Below are positions 8,969-16,280 of a stretch of 34,753 nt of DNA, one piece after another. Location of the stretch: NCBI GenBank assembly GCA_035388205.1, contig DAOOPK010000002.1:1-34753 (forward strand). Direction: 5' to 3'. The notes below the pieces were generated by a model. That model saw only the letters and a list, made by a program, of their open reading frames with translations. It ran no database searches and had not been told where the DNA came from. This DNA is from Bacteroidales bacterium (GTDB lineage: Bacteria > Bacteroidota > Bacteroidia > Bacteroidales > ML635J-15). Both the position numbers and the translations under genes were made by a program. Positions within the stretch are counted from its first letter, which is position 1. Each line of letters starts with the position of its first letter.

Positions 8969-10006
8969 TTATTCGTTTATTTTCCAATGCCCTGTTTTAT
9001 CACTGCCAATACGTTCAATTTTTCCGTTGTTTCTGAGTTCTTTAATTCTTCGTCTTACGGTGCTTAAACTCAATTTCAATCGTTCGCTGATTTCATTAGC
9101 TGTTATTTTGTTGTCTTGCTTAATCAATGAAAATACAGTGTCATTTACAGTGTCAAACTGTGATTTTACAGTGTCATTTACAGTGTCAGCGAGAATGTGT
9201 GCGTCACGATTTTTTAGCGAATAATTTTCTTTTAGTAATAAGTTTGAAAGAAAGCGAATCAAAAACTTTTCTGTCCTGTGAATCCCTCTTGATAAGTCTT
9301 CGAAGTTAGCTCTTACTAGTGCATTTCGGAAATACCAAGAGTTGTGGGCAAACAAGTCGTTATTAACGTTTTTAAATCCTAATTTTCGCAAATATTTGAT
9401 AAAGAAAATGGCTGTTGTTCGTGTGTTGCCTTCGCCAAAAATGTGAATTTGCCACAAGTATGAAATAAAGTGTGCTATGTGTTCTATTATGTCCTGTTCG
9501 CTTAATCCTTTGTAGCTAAATATTCTTTCTTGTTCAAAATCATATTCCAAGCTTGCTTTCAAACTGTCGGCACTTGCATAGAGTACGGTTTCACCATTCA
9601 ACACCCATTCTATTTTCGTAATGTTGTAATCACGAATTTTTCCTGCAAATTTGTAAATGCCAGTAAACAATCTACGATGAATAGACAAGTATTCTGCCGG
9701 TGAAAAACTAAAGGTTTGCTCACTTAATATTTCAGTAATTCGTGCAGAAACCTTGTCCGCTTCTTCAGTGCGGTCTTCGTCTGTTTTGGTCGGGTTTTGT
9801 TGATAGTAACTGTCAATACGGCTTTTTACTTCGTCAATAGTTATAAGGCCTTCAATATTTTGTTTGGCAGTTTCGATGAGATATTCAGACGGTTTTAAGC
9901 CGTCCACTTGTTGCAAGCCGATAGCCATTTTCCAAACTTTTGCTTTCTCTGCTTTGTCTGGCTCACCTTGTCTTAAATATTCATCAAAGTTTTCCGTTGT
10001 TTTCAT
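8969..10006 (-). CDS. Fic/Fido-domain protein with VbhA-like N-terminal segment and C-terminal winged-helix HTH
   Basis: Fic core motif variant HIFGEGNTRTTA at aa 188-199 (nt 9410-9445), preceded by GKIRDYNITK. The N-terminus AIGLQQVDGLKPSEYL...ITIDEV resembles the VbhA antitoxin-like helix. The C-terminus ITANEISERLKLSLSTVRRRIKELRNNGKIERIG is a wHTH. Confidence 0.85.
   Translation of the reverse strand: MKTTENFDEYLRQGEPDKAEKAKVWKMAIGLQQVDGLKPSEYLIETAKQNIEGLITIDEVKSRIDSYYQQNPTKTDEDRTEEADKVSARITEILSEQTFSFSPAEYLSIHRRLFTGIYKFAGKIRDYNITKIEWVLNGETVLYASADSLKASLEYDFEQERIFSYKGLSEQDIIEHIAHFISYLWQIHIFGEGNTRTTAIFFIKYLRKLGFKNVNNDLFAHNSWYFRNALVRANFEDLSRGIHRTEKFLIRFLSNLLLKENYSLKNRDAHILADTVNDTVKSQFDTVNDTVFSLIKQDNKITANEISERLKLSLSTVRRRIKELRNNGKIERIGSDKTGHWKINE
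9134..9188. repeat. Internal tandem repeat in the Fic gene (4 copies of tacagtgtca; one 22-bp unit present twice)
   Basis: The 22-mer tacagtgtcatttacagtgtca occurs at 9134-9155 and 9167-9188. On the minus strand it encodes DTVNDTV twice, in the linker between the Fic domain and the wHTH. Confidence 0.9.
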
Positions 10007-10304
10007 TTCAAATCTGCCGTTTTTTCTGTTGGCTATCTCTATTAATTATCTCTAAAAAGTTTTCAAGGTCTTTGTCTTTAATAATCTTTCTAACTGCCTG
10101 TACAAGTAATAAAGACAGTTTAATATTTTAGTCAGTATTTCCTACAAAATTATTGAAATATTTCATAAATCAAAACAATGGTCGCTGGATTATTAATTTG
10201 CATTTCTTTGCTTGTATGATTTTTAAAAGCTAAATCTATTTTCATTTTCTCCAATCCTATTTTTTTCTCTATCTTTACACTCGCAAAAAAAGAATTATTA
10301 TAGT

Positions 10305-11357
10305 ATGACAAAAACTATTTTTATTACAGGTGGGGCAGGCTTTATAGGTTCGCATGTTGTGCGTTTATTTGTCAATAAATATTCGGATTATCGTATTGTA
10401 AATATTGATAAACTGACTTATGCAGGTAATCTCGAAAATCTTAAAGATATCGAAAATGCTCCAAATTATATTTTCGAAAAAGCAGATATTGTTAATACAG
10501 AGCAAATAAATAACTTATTTGCAAAATATAATCCCGATGGAGTTATTCACTTGGCTGCAGAATCGCATGTTGATCGTAGTATTTCTAATCCTACCGAGTT
10601 TATTTTTACAAATATAGTTGGAACTGTGAATTTGCTTAATGCTGCACGTAATTGCTGGAAAGGTAATTCCGAAGGCAAACGTTTTTACCATATTTCGACG
10701 GACGAAGTTTATGGTTCCCTTGGCAACGAAGGATTTTTTACCGAAGAAACAGCTTATGATCCAAAATCTCCCTACTCTGCCGCAAAAGCTAGTTCCGACC
10801 ATCTGGTACGTGCCTATAATCATACTTTTGGCTTACCGGCAGTAATCTCAAATTGTTCAAATAACTACGGACCAAATCATTTTCCCGAAAAACTGATTCC
10901 GCTGGCAATTAACAATATCAAAAACATGAAACCAATTCCAATTTATGGGAAAGGCGAAAATGTTCGCGACTGGCTTTTTGTTTTAGACCATGCAAGAGCA
11001 ATTGATATTATATTTCACAAAGGACGCACCGGTGAAACTTACAATATCGGCGGAAATAACGAATGGACAAATATTGCATTGATAAAAAAACTTTGCGAAG
11101 TAATGGATAAAAAACTTGACAGAAAACCCGGGACTTCAGCATCGCTTATTACTTTCGTTCAGGATAGAGCAGGACACGATTTGCGTTATGCTATTGACAG
11201 CACCAAACTAATGACAGAACTCGGCTGGAAACCATCTTTGAAGTTTGAGGAAGGACTCGAAAAAACCGTTGACTGGTACCTCGAAAACGAAGAATGGCTG
11301 GACAATGTAGTGTCCGGCGGCTATCAAAAGTATTATGAAGATATGTATGGGAAATAG
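10305..11357 (+). CDS. rfbB: dTDP-glucose 4,6-dehydratase
   Basis: 350 aa with the SDR extended-family pattern: TGGAGFIGSH, AAESHVDRS, STDEVYG, YSAAKASSDHL, NNYGP. Confidence 0.95.
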   Translation: MTKTIFITGGAGFIGSHVVRLFVNKYSDYRIVNIDKLTYAGNLENLKDIENAPNYIFEKADIVNTEQINNLFAKYNPDGVIHLAAESHVDRSISNPTEFIFTNIVGTVNLLNAARNCWKGNSEGKRFYHISTDEVYGSLGNEGFFTEETAYDPKSPYSAAKASSDHLVRAYNHTFGLPAVISNCSNNYGPNHFPEKLIPLAINNIKNMKPIPIYGKGENVRDWLFVLDHARAIDIIFHKGRTGETYNIGGNNEWTNIALIKKLCEVMDKKLDRKPGTSASLITFVQDRAGHDLRYAIDSTKLMTELGWKPSLKFEEGLEKTVDWYLENEEWLDNVVSGGYQKYYEDMYGK

Positions 11358-11508
11358 TAAGAATTATTTAGTAAGTAGTAGGTAGGAAATAGTGGTCAAC
11401 CATATTGGCTTCAGTTCGGCCATGCTCACTGCATCGCGCCGAGCTAAAGGTTCAGGCATTAAGATACAGATCACCGATTAGCGATTACTGATTACAAAAA
11501 CCTTTAAT

Positions 11509-11844
11509 ATGACAGAACAAATTTTCAAATCTCTTCCTTTTGCAGTAACAGCTTGCGATAAAGATGGGATTATTATTTACATGAACGAAAAATCAATTTC
11601 AACTTTTGTTAAAAATGCAGGAGAATCTTTGATAGGCAAATCACTTTTTGATTGTCATGGCGAAAAATCAGCGGCCAAAATACGCGACTTACTCGCAACC
11701 GGCGATACAAATGCTTACACTATTGAAAAAAATGGATTAAAAAAGATGATTTATCAATGCCCTTGGTATAAAGATGATAAAATAGCTGGACTGGTTGAAA
11801 TATCATTAGTTATTCCATTTGAAATTGATCATTTTATAAGATAA
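11509..11844 (+). CDS. Stand-alone PAS-domain protein
   Basis: 111-aa ORF with the PAS-fold pattern (FKSLPFAVTACDKDGIIIYMNEKS...GKSLFDCHG...). No output domain. Confidence 0.65.
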   Translation: MTEQIFKSLPFAVTACDKDGIIIYMNEKSISTFVKNAGESLIGKSLFDCHGEKSAAKIRDLLATGDTNAYTIEKNGLKKMIYQCPWYKDDKIAGLVEISLVIPFEIDHFIR

Positions 11845-11889
11845 TAGAGGATAGTAAAAAATACAGTTTAGAATTTGTAACAGTATAAA

Positions 11890-13242
11890 TTATTTAATAA
11901 CCCCTGCCCGCAGTTTATATGTATAATCTGCATTTTGCAGGATCATATAATCCAAATCAACTCCCAACTCCTCCGCTTGTATGATAATTTTGTTTTTCCA
12001 TTTCTCATTTGCATTAATTTCTTTAACAATCTTGTTTATCTCCCTGTTACGGAACTCCAGATAAAGGCTGTCAACTGTTGTAAGTGTGTCCGAAATGGTT
12101 TTATTTATAAATTCAGATTCATAAGTAATAAGATATTTTTCGCAGAAATCATAAGGGAATAAATGATTTGTTGCTTCAGATGTTACAAGAAATACAAAAT
12201 CCTGACTTTCAATTTCCTGTTTATAATCAAGTTCATCAACATTCTTTACAGGATTACGTACAGGATAAACAGTTTTATTATAAAACCAGAATCCGCCGTT
12301 TGAAAAAATATTTTGTGGTATTGCAACACTTTCAGCATAAATAGTCCACCAATATGAATCTGATATTGCAAGTACTTTAGGTTTGATTTTTTCTTTTCCG
12401 TTATTGAATTTTAAAACAGGATACGAAATCTTTTTATATGGAGGATAGAAAAGCAAGTTCATGGTTTTGTACAGATCGTCATCCTGATTTCTAAGAGTAT
12501 CGGGGGTTTCCATTTTTAGTATTGAAAAATCAGCATAATCTTTATTTGTAATATTTTCCATATATTTAATTACAGTATCCATTGCAATTGAAGCTGCCCA
12601 AATTGTCCAGTGTGCACCCAGATCACAGTATATTTCGTATGTTGCCGTATCTTTCATCGAAACAATATAGCTATTTAAATCAATGATATTAATCCCTTTT
12701 TTATTAAAATTTTCCATGTAAGCCTCATAATTATTCTTTGATTTCTTTGATGGTTTATACTTGTCCGGTATCAGTTCAGGATAATATGAGGCTTTACCGG
12801 GAGAGAAAATGATGATCAGGTTTACTCCTTTTGTTTTTAAAATTTCCTGAGTCGCCAATAAGTTGTTTGTATTGTTTTCAATCTCTTCATCACCAATAAA
12901 AGTTCTACCGAGATAACTAATTATATATGATTCCTCAAATAAAACACCATCTTTTCCAATAACAGGTCCTTTTATGGGGGATTCACGTAATACAGAAAAT
13001 ATCATTTGATTGTTAAATCTGACTAAAAAGTTGTGAAATCCGATGTTTTCTTCTATGTATTTGATACATGAATCCTGATATGTTTCGTTCCAGATTGATT
13101 TGATCGAGATTTTCGGTTTAACTGCCGGAATATAGGCTCCATTTAATGGTTTTTCGTGAAACCAGCCCGTAAAATTCTGAATCATAGGAACAGATAAGAG
13201 TACCATAAAAAATAGAAACCATATTTTCTTAAATTTTTCCAT
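11890..13242 (-). CDS. AlgJ/AlgX-like (SGNH-like) O-acetyltransferase partner of the MBOAT protein
   Basis: 450-aa ORF with an N-terminal membrane anchor. Its start overlaps the MBOAT stop (ATGA at 13242). The LGAHWT motif resembles the DxxHW(T) signature of AlgJ/AlgX-type proteins. Confidence 0.6.
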   Translation of the reverse strand: MEKFKKIWFLFFMVLLSVPMIQNFTGWFHEKPLNGAYIPAVKPKISIKSIWNETYQDSCIKYIEENIGFHNFLVRFNNQMIFSVLRESPIKGPVIGKDGVLFEESYIISYLGRTFIGDEEIENNTNNLLATQEILKTKGVNLIIIFSPGKASYYPELIPDKYKPSKKSKNNYEAYMENFNKKGINIIDLNSYIVSMKDTATYEIYCDLGAHWTIWAASIAMDTVIKYMENITNKDYADFSILKMETPDTLRNQDDDLYKTMNLLFYPPYKKISYPVLKFNNGKEKIKPKVLAISDSYWWTIYAESVAIPQNIFSNGGFWFYNKTVYPVRNPVKNVDELDYKQEIESQDFVFLVTSEATNHLFPYDFCEKYLITYESEFINKTISDTLTTVDSLYLEFRNREINKIVKEINANEKWKNKIIIQAEELGVDLDYMILQNADYTYKLRAGVIK

Positions 13243-14669
13243 CAGAATCTGAAATAAATAAACGGGTTAAATCCACCTTTTGTAACAAATGACAATGATA
13301 TGATTGATAAGAAAAGCAATATAGTACCAACAAAAATATATTGTTTTATGTTATAATCGCTGTAAAAGAAGAACTTCTCGAGTCTGCTGCCAAATTTAGA
13401 TATGCCGATAAAAGCAAATAAACTACCAATAAATAGGAATACCCAAAATTTTTTGTCCATATAGTTAGGAAAAAGATTGCCATCAAATTTGAACATGCTT
13501 TGAATATATGCGATAGCATATTTGAGGCTTTCGGCGCGGAAAATAACCCAACCAATGAGAGTAATAATATAAGTAATAAATATCCTTGTGAATGTACCGA
13601 TTTTACTAAATAGTTTTATAAGAAATAGCCTGTCTAGAACAAGGAATAAGCCGTGGAATGCTCCCCAAACTACAAAATTCCAAGCGGCACCGTGCCATAA
13701 ACCAGAAATGATGAAAACTATCCAAAGGTTAAAATATAGGCGGTATTTTGATTTTACTTTATTTCCTCCCAGAGGAATATAAAGATAGTCTTTCATCCAC
13801 GAACCGAGAGTCATGTGCCAGCGTCTCCAAAACTCAGAGATATTTTGGCTGATATATGGATTGTTAAAATTTTCTGGAAATTTAAATCCTATCATTCTTC
13901 CGATACCTATGCCCATGTCTGAATAACCAGAAAAATCGTAGTATATCTGAAAAGAGTATGCAATAATGCCGATCCAGGCGGTTAGAGTCCCTATTTCTGC
14001 TGCAGGTCCAGCGAAGATTGTGTCAACGACTTGGCCTAAAGTATTTGCTATTAGAACTTTTTTTGCTAACCCAATCATAAAACGGTAAAGTCCAAGTATC
14101 CTATTGTCTATATTTTCATTCTTCTTTCTATCTACAAGTTCAATAGCAATTTCATTATATCTTACTATTGGGCCAGCAATAAGCTGAGGGAACAGTAAAA
14201 TAAACAGTAGGTAATCAAAAATAGAATCCAGACGCTTACTCTTTCCACGATAAATATCAATCGAATAACTTAATTTTTGAAAAGTATAAAATGAAATTCC
14301 TATTGGTAAAATAACTTTTGTCCAGCTTATCCCCTCTATACCAATTCTCCATAAAATATAATTCAGATTTTCGACGAAAAAATTGGCATATTTAAAATAT
14401 GCAAGTAAGCCTATATTTAATACAACAGAGGCAAAGAGCAACCATTTCCTTTCTTTTTGATTTTGGGAGATATCAATTCGTTTAACAATAAAAAAATCAA
14501 TAGCTACAGAGAAAAAGATAATAAACAAAAACTTAGGTGCTCCAAATCCATAAAAAATCAAACTTGCAATAAGCGCAATCCAATTTTTGTACTTTACATC
14601 AGCAATGTAATAAAAGAAAAAGAATAGCGGTAAAAAATAAAGTAAAAATATGCTACTGCTAAAAACCAT
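13242..14669 (-). CDS. MBOAT-family membrane O-acyltransferase (AlgI/DltB-like)
   Basis: 475-aa polytopic membrane ORF with FWRRWHMTLGSWMKDYLYIPLGGN and the conserved-His GLWHGAAWNF motifs typical of AlgI/DltB. Confidence 0.9.
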   Translation of the reverse strand: MVFSSSIFLLYFLPLFFFFYYIADVKYKNWIALIASLIFYGFGAPKFLFIIFFSVAIDFFIVKRIDISQNQKERKWLLFASVVLNIGLLAYFKYANFFVENLNYILWRIGIEGISWTKVILPIGISFYTFQKLSYSIDIYRGKSKRLDSIFDYLLFILLFPQLIAGPIVRYNEIAIELVDRKKNENIDNRILGLYRFMIGLAKKVLIANTLGQVVDTIFAGPAAEIGTLTAWIGIIAYSFQIYYDFSGYSDMGIGIGRMIGFKFPENFNNPYISQNISEFWRRWHMTLGSWMKDYLYIPLGGNKVKSKYRLYFNLWIVFIISGLWHGAAWNFVVWGAFHGLFLVLDRLFLIKLFSKIGTFTRIFITYIITLIGWVIFRAESLKYAIAYIQSMFKFDGNLFPNYMDKKFWVFLFIGSLFAFIGISKFGSRLEKFFFYSDYNIKQYIFVGTILLFLSIISLSFVTKGGFNPFIYFRF

Positions 14670-14727
14670 TAATACCTTGAAGTTTTAAGGACGCAAATAT
14701 AGAAAAATAAAAATATTTAATGAGGTA

Positions 14728-15354
14728 TTAGAAGTTTCTTCCAATGAAATATGTTCCCGTAATGTTAAATACTGAATTATTCATCGAATAGAATTCAGAA
14801 GACGAAAGATCAACAAATCCAAACGAATAATTTGCTTTAACCTGAAATTGTTTAAAATCAACACCACCACCAAAAGTTAAACCGGAATCAAATCTTTTAT
14901 AACCATATTCAGGGTCAAATTCAACCTCATGTTCAAACTCTTCGTCCATAACTTCAGAATGGTAAATAGATTTGCCCGCAATAGCTACACATGTATAAGG
15001 CCCAATGTTTCCAAATACACTTAAATTCCCAATAGGTACTTTATATCCTATTGTTATAGGAATATCAATACAACCTAGATTTAATCTTGATGTTCCAAAC
15101 TCGTCAACAACCTTATTTCCCTTGTTGAAAAATGTTACTGCTGCTCCGACGTATAAGAAACTCATGATTTCCAGTTCTGCAGCAGCACCAATCTGATAAC
15201 CCATCTTGAAACTTTGTTTAACGGTTTCATCCAAAGAGTTTTTTTCTATATAACTAGTGTGGCTTAATCCGATTTGAGGTCCAAAATATAAACCTTGTGC
15301 ATTAAGTGTTGTAAAAACACTTAACAAGATAAAGATAAATAATATTTTTTTCAT
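14728..15354 (-). CDS. Small outer-membrane beta-barrel protein (porin family)
   Basis: Signal peptide MKKILFIFILLSVFTTLNAQ. Eight-strand-like alternating pattern and C-terminal Phe (FIGRNF). Confidence 0.65.
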   Translation of the reverse strand: MKKILFIFILLSVFTTLNAQGLYFGPQIGLSHTSYIEKNSLDETVKQSFKMGYQIGAAAELEIMSFLYVGAAVTFFNKGNKVVDEFGTSRLNLGCIDIPITIGYKVPIGNLSVFGNIGPYTCVAIAGKSIYHSEVMDEEFEHEVEFDPEYGYKRFDSGLTFGGGVDFKQFQVKANYSFGFVDLSSSEFYSMNNSVFNITGTYFIGRNF

Positions 15355-15382
15355 ATTTATGAATTTTATGTTAATTTAGCCT

Positions 15383-15390
15383 TAATTTTG
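15383..15390 (+). promoter_or_regulatory. Candidate -7 promoter box (TAATTTTG) upstream of the WD40-caspase cassette
   Basis: Exact match to TAnnTTTG, 80 nt upstream of the ATG at 15470, in the 115-bp divergent intergenic region. Weak evidence in AT-rich DNA. Confidence 0.25.
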
Positions 15391-15469
15391 TAATTTAATT
15401 TAACTAATTAGTATAATTTTTTATACAGAAAAGCAAAAATATTAAAAAAAACCATATTAACAATATTCT

Positions 15470-16249
15470 ATGAAAAAAATATTATTTGTTACACTTTTAT
15501 GTATTCCTGTAAGCATCTTTGCTCAACAGATCATTCGGGGTTATTCGGCTTCGTTCTCTTACGGACTGCTTGCAAAAGGCGATGATTTTACCATACATTA
15601 TTCAGGCGATGATTATACTGCCACAGCCAGGAAAACCGAAGGAGGCAGTCTGGGATTGGGCTTTCCATTCGATTTTGGCTATAAGCGAAGCAGATTGGTA
15701 ATTACTCCGGGACTTGATTTTTTGACATCAAATTATCAACTTGATTTAGAAACAGACATTCCAGGTATAGACTCCGACAGCGACAGCCTCAAGTTGTCTT
15801 CATTTATGATCATCCCGAAAGTCGGGATAATGTATAAATTTCATTTTTATGTTAAATCTGTTCACATAGCTTTTGGTTTAGGAGCAGATGCCAACTATCC
15901 TGTTTCAAATAATATTACTTTAAAAACAAAAGATAAGGCCGAAATAATTGAGTATAATGCTGATTATAATGAAAACCCTCCAGAAGATTCCAATATTGAC
16001 TATATGGTATTTAAACCTAACACTGTTTATTCAAATATGGCAGATCTTGGTTTTCATATAAATCCAAAAATAGGATTAGATATTTATGTAACAAAATATC
16101 TGATTACTAATATAACAATTCATATTTCGCCACTGACAACTTACTCTGATAAGCCTATAATAAGGGGATATGCTGGTTTTGGTGCAAGTTATCTTATGCC
16201 ATTGGGCAAAGAAGATGATTCGAGATTATTACAATATTATAAACAGTAG
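15470..16249 (+). CDS. Exported beta-rich protein, possible outer-membrane barrel; first gene of the WD40-caspase cassette
   Basis: 259 aa. Signal peptide MKKILFVTLLCIPVSIFAQQ. Gly/aromatic-rich alternating segments (GSLGLGFPFDFGY, IAFGLGADANY, GYAGFGASYLMPLG). No terminal aromatic residue, so the barrel call is tentative. Confidence 0.5.
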   Translation: MKKILFVTLLCIPVSIFAQQIIRGYSASFSYGLLAKGDDFTIHYSGDDYTATARKTEGGSLGLGFPFDFGYKRSRLVITPGLDFLTSNYQLDLETDIPGIDSDSDSLKLSSFMIIPKVGIMYKFHFYVKSVHIAFGLGADANYPVSNNITLKTKDKAEIIEYNADYNENPPEDSNIDYMVFKPNTVYSNMADLGFHINPKIGLDIYVTKYLITNITIHISPLTTYSDKPIIRGYAGFGASYLMPLGKEDDSRLLQYYKQ

Positions 16250-16280
16250 TTAAATCAATTGATTATAAAATATTAGTTAT

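Noticed and set aside
8955-9309. Plus-strand ORFs 8955-9224 and 9127-9309, containing repeated VSFTVS / LQCHLQCQ peptides.
   Set aside because: They are antisense to the well-supported Fic CDS. Their repetitive peptides are the reverse-frame reading of the DTVNDTV tandem repeat.
10008-10127. Open frame of 39 codons (…VRKIIKDKDLENFLEIINRDSQQKKRQI) ending 1 nt before the Fic start; considered as a small antitoxin-like partner.
   Set aside because: It contains no ATG, GTG or TTG start codon, so it cannot be called a gene. It is noted only as a possible remnant in the Fic cassette finding.
11364-11459. 31-codon minus-strand ORF (MPEPLARRDAVSMAELKPIWLTTISYLLLTK) through the GC-rich island.
   Set aside because: It is too short, has no start context and no recognisable family. 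The open frame is more likely an incidental property of a structured or remnant element.
15470-16249. Possible bacterial gasdermin: a ~260-aa gene directly upstream of a repeat-domain caspase-like protease, which is the gene order of bGSDM systems.
   Set aside because: The protein has a clear cleavable Sec signal peptide and Gly/aromatic beta-strand composition typical of envelope beta-rich proteins. The protease is also signal-peptide-bearing. Known bacterial gasdermins and their proteases are cytoplasmic, so the resemblance is only in gene order and size.
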